Source: Pseudomonadota bacterium (GTDB lineage Bacteria; Pseudomonadota; Gammaproteobacteria; Eutrophobiales; Eutrophobiaceae). From it: DNA of 64,000 bases. Location: NCBI GenBank assembly GCA_038142205.1, contig JAYQJO010000001.1:2176430-2240429 (forward strand), in the 5' to 3' direction. Within the stretch, counting starts at the first letter, position 1; each line of letters starts with the position of its first letter. Positions 11,274-17,948 of the stretch are shown one piece after another. Made by a program: the position numbers and the translations under genes. The notes below the pieces were generated by a model. That model did not search any database, was not told where the DNA came from, and saw only the letters and a list, made by a program, of their open reading frames with translations.

Positions 11274-11699
11274 TTGTTCAGAATACTTTTTATCCTATTC
11301 CTGATTATACCCTTAATTGAAATCGCTATTTTGATCGAAATAGGCAGGGTTTTTGGTGCTGGCTATACCATTGCTTTGGTTATTGGCACGGCTGCATTGG
11401 GTGCAGCGCTGTTTCGCCAACAAGGTTTATCAACGCTGGCAAAAGTACAGATGAGTATGCACGAAGGCAACCTACCTGCAACCGAACTGATTGAAGGCTT
11501 AATGTTACTGATTGCAGGTGCATTATTATTAACGCCCGGTTTTTTTACTGATGTGTTTGGTTTTCTTGTATTAATCCCACCATTACGAAATAAAATTGCG
11601 CAAACTCTTTTAATAAACTTTTTACAATCTCATATTGTTAATGTTCGCCAAACGGATTCAGGGCGAGTTATAGAAGCTGAACATTGGGATTCAGAGTAA
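11274..11699 (+). CDS. fxsA: FxsA family cytoplasmic membrane protein
   Basis: 141 aa, MFRILFILFLIIPLIEIAILIEIGRVFG...LLLTPGFFTDVFGFLVLIPP, matching the FxsA/UPF0716 signature. Confidence 0.7.
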   Translation: MFRILFILFLIIPLIEIAILIEIGRVFGAGYTIALVIGTAALGAALFRQQGLSTLAKVQMSMHEGNLPATELIEGLMLLIAGALLLTPGFFTDVFGFLVLIPPLRNKIAQTLLINFLQSHIVNVRQTDSGRVIEAEHWDSE

Positions 11700-11711
11700 A
11701 GCTAAACAATT

Positions 11712-12383
11712 GTGAATCGTGAACACCGATCGAATCTGATTTCAAAATTGTCAGACGTAATTAACGACGATCGTATAGAACGGCTGCAAGAAGTATTAAA
11801 TCAACGTACCCGTTATCTCACCGTTGTACTCGATGATATCTATCAACCACAAAACTCCAGCGCGGTTATTCGCACTTGTGAATGTATTGGCATACAGGAC
11901 TTGCACATCATAGAAGACAGAAACGCGCATAAAACAAGCCGAGATGTTGTTAAAGGCTCATCAAAATGGATAAGCCTGAATCATCATGATAAGAACCGGA
12001 TTGATTGCATAAAAAAACTAAGAGATAACGATTACAACATCGTTGCAATGACATTAAGCGAAGACAGTATTCCACTTGAGTCTTTACCCATAAATGAAAA
12101 GCTCGCACTCTGTTTCGGTTGTGAGGAAACAGGACTCGACAAAGAAATTGAAGAAAGCGCTGACTATAAAGTACAAATCCCCATACATGGATTTACTCAA
12201 AGCTATAATATTTCCGTCAGTGCCGGCATCAGTCTTTATTACTTATACAATAAAATAAAAACAACAGAACAAAGCTGGCAGCTTAGTAATGCAGAAAAGG
12301 AAGAATTGCTTATTGACTGGCTGAGTAAATCAACACCGACCGGACAGTTCTTACTTGATAAATACAAAGAAGAAATACCTTAA
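11712..12383 (+). CDS. trmH: SpoU/TrmH-family tRNA (guanosine-2'-O)-methyltransferase
   Basis: 223 aa with SPOUT motifs (LTVVLDDIYQPQNSSAVIRTCECIG...). Its stop TAA at 12381-12383 overlaps the end of attC-like site 3. Confidence 0.7.
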   Translation: MNREHRSNLISKLSDVINDDRIERLQEVLNQRTRYLTVVLDDIYQPQNSSAVIRTCECIGIQDLHIIEDRNAHKTSRDVVKGSSKWISLNHHDKNRIDCIKKLRDNDYNIVAMTLSEDSIPLESLPINEKLALCFGCEETGLDKEIEESADYKVQIPIHGFTQSYNISVSAGISLYYLYNKIKTTEQSWQLSNAEKEELLIDWLSKSTPTGQFLLDKYKEEIP

Positions 12384-12440
12384 CGTTTTAACTCAGGGGC
12401 GCGCCGACTAGGCGCGTCGCTTTGGAGTGACTTGTTATGT
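12378..12440 (-). repeat. attC-like recombination site 3 (3' end of cassette 3)
   Basis: Minus-strand reading: R''-like ACATAAC (plus 12434-12440), a central imperfect palindrome GGCGCGCC-GACTA-GGCGCG(T)C, and R'-like GTTAAGG (plus 12378-12384). The plus-strand ends TAACG / CTTGTTATGT are shared with sites 1 and 2. Confidence 0.55.
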
Positions 12441-12782
12441 TGCATTTTCATGCGTTCATTCCCAGCATACCGCAATAGAACCAACCAACAATAGCAACGA
12501 ATGTAATTCCTTTGCCCCATATATAATTTCGCTTTTTCAAACCAAACGTAATTAACCCTATTAAAAGGATAAGAACTGCGACATAAATCAATTTGAACGT
12601 AAGACTATTTACAGGCTCAGTTAATACAGATATAGGGCCGATTATTGCTCCTAGTATAAAAACCCATATTCCTAATGGGTCTGCATCAAACATTGCTAAA
12701 AGTAACATCCCAATTACAAGGGCAAGCATGAGTAATCCCATAAATGTAATGAATGATGTATTTAATTTATCCTGCAACATAA
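12384..12782 (-). mobile_element. Integron gene cassette 3 (about 399 bp)
   Basis: Bounded by the G|TT crossover points of attC sites 2 and 3. It contains one small minus-strand ORF. Confidence 0.5.
12448..12780 (-). CDS. Small 3-TM membrane protein (cassette ORF)
   Basis: 110-aa hydrophobic ORF. Its ATG lies inside the GTTATGT core at the cassette boundary. The stop TGA is 7 nt before the R'' box of attC site 3. No recognisable RBS, so the call is low-confidence. Confidence 0.35.
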   Translation of the reverse strand: MLQDKLNTSFITFMGLLMLALVIGMLLLAMFDADPLGIWVFILGAIIGPISVLTEPVNSLTFKLIYVAVLILLIGLITFGLKKRNYIWGKGITFVAIVGWFYCGMLGMNA

Positions 12783-12831
12783 CGCCTAGCGAACCGGCGG
12801 CGAAGCCGTCGGGTTACGCGCCTTGTTAGAT
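12777..12831 (-). repeat. attC-like recombination site 2 (3' end of cassette 2)
   Basis: Minus-strand R'' ATCTAAC (perfect RYYYAAC; plus 12825-12831) begins 5 nt after the TGA stop of the TIR-like ORF. Internal imperfect palindrome GCGAACCGGCGGC / GCCGTCGGGTTACGC carries 2 extra bases on one arm. R' is GTTATGT (plus 12777-12783). Confidence 0.6.
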
Positions 12832-14012
12832 GTGATTCAGAGTGCAAGTTTCTTCATTTCATTGATGGCTTCAAGTAATCTAATCGTTGCATCGCCGTCT
12901 AAAGTTTCTCCTTGGTACCTTACTTCAAAAAGCCCTTGCAGATTGGATGGTAGCTTAACCCCGTCTTTTACCAACAAAATAAATCTCTTTCCGTAAAGAC
13001 CCATAGCCGCCCCAATTTCTATTAAAACGTTTGGATTAAGCATAACTACTTCATTAGCATCTGAATCTAAGAGTTTTCGTTCATCCTCAACATGTATTAT
13101 TGCGGCGCCACAATCCCTCATGTCCGACATGACTTTTTCTGGTACTGGCTTTGACACCGATTGTTTTTCTACAGATACAACTGGCTCTAACTCACCAAAT
13201 GCAAGTAATTTTTTAATAGGTTCTACGAACTGCTTGTTTTTCCCATGGGTAATAAATACTTTTTTCTTTCGCAGCTCATTTTCCTGCGTGCTTTCGTCAA
13301 CGCGTGAGGAGGCGGCTTGGCTTGAGGAGGAAGACTGATTTACGACGCCTGAATCTTCTTGTTGATCCAGCTCATCATTTTCAAATTCTGCTTCATCTTC
13401 CTCATAGTCATCTTCTTCGGCTGCAGTGGGGATCGCCTTAAGATCAACGTACTGTTTATCTTTAATCTTTTTTAGTAGGCCCAGCCCTTCGGCTCCTTCC
13501 TGGATTAACTTGAACGTCTTTAACGTTCTATCTCGAGGAACATTCATTTCAGCCAGTACGTTAGAGGCAATGTTTTCTTTTGGAAAAGGTGACCCGTCAT
13601 ACTTCCTTAAAAACTCACCGATAATTCTTGGTTTCAACATTGCTTCTTTTTTAGCAATCAAATCATCCCCTTCAATAGTTGGAGTGACAATTCTTTTGCC
13701 TAGTTCTGAAATTTCAATTTCCGCTGAATTATAGCTCCCTGATGTCAGCCCATACGCCGCTGACGCGCCACACAGCATACGGAAGGGACCGGAAGTGGGT
13801 TGCACATCAAGAGCAGCGGCAACATTAAGGGGGCTGGAGGGGTTTGATCCATAGTTATCAGCGATAGCGTTAATAATTTTTAAAGCCTGATCAATTGACA
13901 TGCTTGGTACATCACTTTGCTTTAATGCGACTTTACGCTTCTTGGGTGTCGCTTTTCCTTTCTCAGCTATTTATTTCCCCTAAATTTAAATTTTGCGATT
14001 TTTTACATCTAA
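12783..14012 (-). mobile_element. Integron gene cassette 2 (about 1230 bp) carrying the TIR-like gene
   Basis: Starts with TTAGAT, which is complementary to the R'' box ATCTAAC of its own attC (site 2). This is the expected cassette-circle relationship. Confidence 0.55.
12837..13901 (-). CDS. TIR-like (COG4271 / CAP12-PycTIR-like) domain protein with an uncharacterised N-terminal domain
   Basis: 354 aa. The C-terminal about 130 aa (KKVFITHGKNKQFVEPIKKLL ... NPNVLIEIGAAMGLYGKRFILLVKDGVKLPSNLQGLFEV) fit the conserved pattern of 'predicted nucleotide-binding protein containing TIR-like domain'. The N-terminal about 160 aa match nothing I recognise. An acidic/Ser-rich linker (EEDDYEEDEAEFENDELDQQEDSG...SSSSSQ) lies between them. 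Confidence 0.7.
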   Translation of the reverse strand: MSIDQALKIINAIADNYGSNPSSPLNVAAALDVQPTSGPFRMLCGASAAYGLTSGSYNSAEIEISELGKRIVTPTIEGDDLIAKKEAMLKPRIIGEFLRKYDGSPFPKENIASNVLAEMNVPRDRTLKTFKLIQEGAEGLGLLKKIKDKQYVDLKAIPTAAEEDDYEEDEAEFENDELDQQEDSGVVNQSSSSSQAASSRVDESTQENELRKKKVFITHGKNKQFVEPIKKLLAFGELEPVVSVEKQSVSKPVPEKVMSDMRDCGAAIIHVEDERKLLDSDANEVVMLNPNVLIEIGAAMGLYGKRFILLVKDGVKLPSNLQGLFEVRYQGETLDGDATIRLLEAINEMKKLAL

Positions 14013-14065
14013 CGCCTAAAGCATGGGCGCAGCTTTGCTGCGTCCAATGCCTTTACTTGTTATGG
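14007..14065 (-). repeat. attC-like recombination site 1 (3' end of cassette 1)
   Basis: Minus strand: R''-like CCATAAC (plus 14059-14065), palindrome GCTGCGCCCATGCTTTAGGC / GCTGCGTCCAATGCCTTTAC with extra bases on one arm, and a perfect R' GTTAGAT (plus 14007-14013). The stop codon of the upstream ORF (14053-14055) lies inside the site. Confidence 0.6.
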
Positions 14066-14721
14066 CTTTTGACCTCTTGTATTGATACCTTAGCCATATT
14101 TGTTAGCCAATTTGTTTCGTGTAGGACCATTAAGTAATTTTTTCCATTATGGTTAAACGGCCACTGTGTACCCGGCTTAACATCTTTCAAATGATCACCG
14201 CCTTTACCTGGCAGCGTAACTTGAACATCTGCAGTGTAGTTTGGATTAAAACTGTTAACCCCAAGTGATGCAGTAGTTAAAGGATCAAAGAAAGCACCGC
14301 CTTTCTCTATTTTTGCACCATTGTAATAGGGTTTATCTAGGGGGTTAGATTCAACAGATGATGCAGCCTTTTGGCTTGCTTCTTTCATCAAGCTTGCGTT
14401 TGTCGCTTCTAGCTCTTTGACTTTGCTTTCAAGGTGCGGGATAGTTTTTGGCGTATTTACTAGCCAGCTATGTAGTTTATTATTTTCTAGGGTTAAGTGC
14501 GATATGCGACTTTCAAGGACTTCTACTTTGGCTTTGTATTGCCCTGTCTGAGCTTTTAGATTCTCAACTTCAGCTTTATGTACGTTGAGTTTATTCTCAT
14601 CGAATACGAAAGCAAATGCAGCCCAAGTGATACCTGACACTAAAAACGTATGACCCAATATTGATCTAATTGGGTGATCCTCAAACCAGTTACTCAATCT
14701 TTATTCTCCTTTAGGCCATAA
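14013..14721 (-). mobile_element. Integron gene cassette 1 (about 709 bp), first cassette next to attI
   Basis: Begins TTATGG right after the G of the attI-side GTTATGG core (plus 14716-14722). Its own attC R'' CCATAAC is exactly complementary to that start. A short 5' leader carries the SD AAGGAG. Confidence 0.55.
14053..14697 (-). CDS. Membrane-anchored coiled-coil protein of unknown function (cassette ORF)
   Basis: 214 aa. TTG start preceded by the strong SD AAAGGAGAATAAAGA. N-terminal TM helix (ILGHTFLVSGITWAAFAFVF), a heptad-rich coiled coil of about 70 aa (KAEVENLKAQTGQYKAKVEVLESRISHLTLENNKLH...), and a C-terminal Gly/Asn-rich globular domain of about 100 aa. Confidence 0.55.
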   Translation of the reverse strand: MSNWFEDHPIRSILGHTFLVSGITWAAFAFVFDENKLNVHKAEVENLKAQTGQYKAKVEVLESRISHLTLENNKLHSWLVNTPKTIPHLESKVKELEATNASLMKEASQKAASSVESNPLDKPYYNGAKIEKGGAFFDPLTTASLGVNSFNPNYTADVQVTLPGKGGDHLKDVKPGTQWPFNHNGKNYLMVLHETNWLTNMAKVSIQEVKSHNK

Positions 14722-15005
14722 CTATATTTTAACGGACACTTTGTCCGATATACTGCTATAGATTTTGAAAGTGGACTTCATGAAAACCCTCCTTGTTTCA
14801 ATAAGATATGTGATAGATTAATTATAGTAGCTCTATATCTATAGTGTCCACTTTGCTGTTTTTCATATCTAAATTGAGTATGCCCCTATATTTAAAATAT
14901 CCTCTTAAATGAGGATTTATTTATGATTTATCAATAACATATAATATTTACAGAATTATTCATATCGGACACTTTTTTACTTATAAACCCAAGGAGCGGG
15001 TATTT
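14716..15005. promoter_or_regulatory. Putative attI site and divergent promoter region (leftward Pc-like, rightward intI)
   Basis: The GTTATGG core abuts cassette 1. There are four copies of a GGAC(A)CTTT / GTGGACAC motif (14745, 14775, 14852-14865, 14966). On the minus strand, TGGACA-N18-TATAAT (about 14822-14862) points toward the cassettes. An AAGGAG SD precedes the intI ATG. Confidence 0.4.
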
Positions 15006-15404
15006 ATGCAAACTAAGCGACCTCCAAAGTTACTAGATCAGGTAAGGCAGCAAATTCATTTCCTACATTATTCTAGACAAACAGAAAAAGCATATGTGCA
15101 TTGGGTTCGTCGTTATATTTTATTTCATAATAAACGTCATCCCAAAGACATGGCTGGAGAAGAGTTAGCCCGCTTTTTAAATTATTTAGTGAATAAAGAA
15201 AACGTTTCAGCTTCTACACAAAATCAAGCATTAACTGCAATCATATTTTTGTATAAACAGATCCTAAATATTGATGTTGGAGAAATTCCTGAGTTTCAAT
15301 ACGCACGTAAACCCAAACGCCTTCTGGTTGTATTAAATCAAAATGAAGTTAAACGTGTGTTTGAATTTTTAAATGAACCACATAAAACCATGGTCACTTG
15401 TTAA
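15006..15404 (+). pseudogene. intI: Integron integrase IntI, N-terminal 132-aa fragment (3' truncated)
   Basis: LDQVRQQIHFLHYSRQTEKAYVHWVRRYILFHNKRHPKDMAGEELARFLNYLVNKENVSASTQNQALTAIIFLYKQIL...RLLVVLNQNEVKRVF is near-collinear with the IntI1 N-terminus ([37 protein letters not shown]...). It stops at aa 132 of an expected ~320. The catalytic RHRY region is absent, and djlA follows convergently. Confidence 0.8.
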
Positions 15405-15480
15405 AAGGACGGTGTTAAATCTCCTTTGAATAACCTTTAATTTTAAAAAAATCGTTATATAAATTATTGGCGACTAAACA

Positions 15481-16281
15481 TTAAAGATTTTTTGCTTTTT
15501 TTATCACTTCATAAGCCTTTCTTATTTCATGAGTTCGATCAGCTGCGATTTTCATCATTTCTTCCGGCAATCCTTTTGCGACCAATTTATCAGGATGATG
15601 CTGACTTAATAATCGACGGTATGCTTTTTTGATTTCAGCAGGACTGGCTGACTCATCAATATCCAGTACTTCATAGGCCTGTTTTAATGATGGTGCACCA
15701 TCATTGCGAGCGGCACCGGATGAGCTACTATGCATCCCGCCAATCATGGCACACAGGTGTTCGAACTCATGCTGTGAAATCTTGAGTGGCTGACAGATGT
15801 TTAATAAGACTTTGCGTTCTTCTGCATGCATGACTCCATCAGCATAAGCGGCCATGATCTGTACTTCGATAAACATGCGTAACAGATTTGGTCGAAAGCC
15901 AACTTCCTGACGAAACTGTTTTATCACATCATTTAATGGAAAAGCCGGCTTCTTACCTTCATTAAATAATTCAATAGCCGCTTTACGTTGTTCTGCATTC
16001 ATATCCATTTGTTGCATGACTTGTTTAGCGAGTGATATTTCATCTTTGGTAACCTGACCGTCAGCCATGCATATATGTCCCATAACAGAAAAGGTTGCGG
16101 TATAGAACAACGTTTGTGCGCGTTCCTGCCGCCCAAAAGCAGATTGCCTAGTCGATGATGCTGAAGAATCATTAAGACCTTTATCAAAGTTATGGCCTAA
16201 TGCTGCACCTAATAGCGCACCAATAGGTCCTCCGATCATCATGCCGAAAGTTCCGCCGAGTATTTTTCCCCACCAATTCAT
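15481..16281 (-). CDS. djlA: Co-chaperone DjlA (DnaJ-like membrane protein)
   Basis: 266 aa, MNWWGKILGG... N-terminal TM, TerB-like middle and a C-terminal J-domain (HPDKLVAKGLPEEMMKIAADRTHEIRKAYEVIK). Confidence 0.85.
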   Translation of the reverse strand: MNWWGKILGGTFGMMIGGPIGALLGAALGHNFDKGLNDSSASSTRQSAFGRQERAQTLFYTATFSVMGHICMADGQVTKDEISLAKQVMQQMDMNAEQRKAAIELFNEGKKPAFPLNDVIKQFRQEVGFRPNLLRMFIEVQIMAAYADGVMHAEERKVLLNICQPLKISQHEFEHLCAMIGGMHSSSSGAARNDGAPSLKQAYEVLDIDESASPAEIKKAYRRLLSQHHPDKLVAKGLPEEMMKIAADRTHEIRKAYEVIKKAKNL

Positions 16282-16385
16282 TGTTTTATATTAGCAGAAC
16301 TACCATAAAAGTATTTAATGCTTAAAATCCGTTATAATACGCCGAACAATAATTACTATGAACTATCTCGACGGTATAAAAATAC

Positions 16386-17216
16386 ATGGCTTCAAAGAAT
16401 AAAAAAGATAAGAAGAAATCTAATGGCCTTTCAATGGCAGACCAGGCTGATAAACATGTTTGCTATGAACAATCTGTTCAATGCGTTGAAGCTGAAATTG
16501 ATTTTGTTGATACTACTTATAAAAAGTTACGTAAACGTTATGCAAAATCATTAAGAGAAGATTTTTGTGGCACGACGAACACTTCTTGTGAATGGGTCAG
16601 GCGCCGTAACACAAATACCGCTATTTCTATTGACCTTGATGAAGAAGTACTTGAATGGGGTAAACAGAATAAAATCTCAACATTAACTCCGGAGCAGACC
16701 AAGCGTCTTACTGTTATTAATGACAATGTAATTACTGTAAAAACTGAACCCGTTGATATCGTATTGGCGATGAACTTCAGTTATTGGTTACTACTGGAGC
16801 GAAAGCTAACCATTGATTATTTTAAAAGTGTCTATAAAGCACTAGCCAAAGACGGAATCTTTTTTCTTGATGCTTATGGCGGTTATGAAGCCTTTCAGGA
16901 ATTAACTGAAAAAACTAAACACAAAGACTTTACCTATATCTGGGATCAAAGCCGCTATAACCCGATTAATGGCATGGCTAAAAACCATATCCATTTTAAA
17001 TTTAAAGACGGCTCAAAAATGATGAACGCGTTCAGTTATGAATGGCGTGTCTGGACCATGCCAGAAATTATAAATATGTTGGAAGAAGCTGGATTTAAAC
17101 CGGCTGTTTACTGGGAACAGGCAGATGAAGACGGGGAAGGTAATGGTGTTTTTATGCCTGAAACAGAAGGTGATGCCGATGCAGGCTGGATAGCTTATGT
17201 GGTTGCTGAAAAATAG
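16386..17216 (+). CDS. Putative class I SAM-dependent methyltransferase
   Basis: 276 aa with a Lys-rich N-terminal tail (MASKNKKDKKKSNG). A motif-I-like EDFCGTTNTSCEW and ISIDLD fit the Rossmann MTase fold. Assignment is by eye only. Confidence 0.45.
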   Translation: MASKNKKDKKKSNGLSMADQADKHVCYEQSVQCVEAEIDFVDTTYKKLRKRYAKSLREDFCGTTNTSCEWVRRRNTNTAISIDLDEEVLEWGKQNKISTLTPEQTKRLTVINDNVITVKTEPVDIVLAMNFSYWLLLERKLTIDYFKSVYKALAKDGIFFLDAYGGYEAFQELTEKTKHKDFTYIWDQSRYNPINGMAKNHIHFKFKDGSKMMNAFSYEWRVWTMPEIINMLEEAGFKPAVYWEQADEDGEGNGVFMPETEGDADAGWIAYVVAEK

Positions 17217-17334
17217 CGCCTATATGGGTATACGACCGCATCCATGTAGCAGGTAATCGATAGAGTCGAGTCAAGAACAAAGACCTCATTAAACGGATTT
17301 TTTATTCAGACTTTAAATTTAGGCCGTATCCTTA

Positions 17335-17837
17335 TTAATCAAGTTCTTTTGGCTTAATGAATTCGATTAATTTTCCTTTTTTCGTTTCAACATCAAATTG
17401 GTTATCAGCATATTCATAAATAACCAGGTTTGCAGTCGTCATAGTTTTATATTGAGAACCTGAACCACCACCTAGAAAATAAACCAGCTCTTCCAAGCCG
17501 GGGTTATGTGCAACCAACATTAAACTGTTCACATTACTTTTATACAAGGCAATATTTTCGAGTAAGCTCGAAAGATTGGCTAAATAAAGATCTTCTTCAT
17601 AGCTGATCTCTTTTTTATTCTTTTCTTCGATTTGTTCGACAACCAGCTCAATCGTCTGTTTAGCTCGCATTGCTGACGAAGAAATATCTTTTCAGGAATG
17701 TGATTATTTTCTAACATCCATTGCCCAATACGAATAGCACTCTTATTACCACGCTTATTTATAGGGCGATCGAAATCAGACGTACCCGTTTCCCAGTCCG
17801 ACTTCGCATGACGCATGAGGTATAAATGAAAAGACAT
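17335..17837 (-). pseudogene. sixA: Phosphohistidine phosphatase SixA, interrupted by a frameshift near 17670-17700
   Basis: The upstream ORF (17580..17837) starts MSFHLYLMRHAKSDWE, the RHG catalytic motif. The downstream ORF (17335..17670) carries LMLVAHNPGLEEL, the second His motif. The two halves are in different frames. Confidence 0.65.
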
Positions 17838-17948
17838 AAATTTTGGTAATATTATTTATTAAATTATGCTACATTTTGATAACACTTGCCGCTTTTAAGT
17901 AGCAATATAAACTTACAACAATAGTCATATACTCAGGCACTTTAATTC

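Noticed and set aside
12378-14065. Alternative reading of the attC-like sites with the plus strand as cassette top strand. In that reading trmH plus site 3 would form a classic cassette and the three minus ORFs would be antisense.
   Set aside because: The core-box pairings are symmetric, so they cannot decide orientation. But the arm carrying extra unpaired bases is the plus-strand right arm in all three sites, which makes the minus strand the top strand. All three minus ORFs also end 0-7 nt before an R'' box, run divergently from intI, and have the attI-side GTTATGG immediately before cassette 1's SD and start codon. trmH is more simply read as flanking core DNA.
14053-14697. Whether the cassette-1 ORF really starts at TTG (14695-14697) and not at a downstream ATG.
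   Set aside because: No in-frame ATG exists before the TM helix. The TTG is preceded at optimal spacing by AAGGAG, so TTG initiation is retained. If TTG is not used, the product would lose its membrane anchor.
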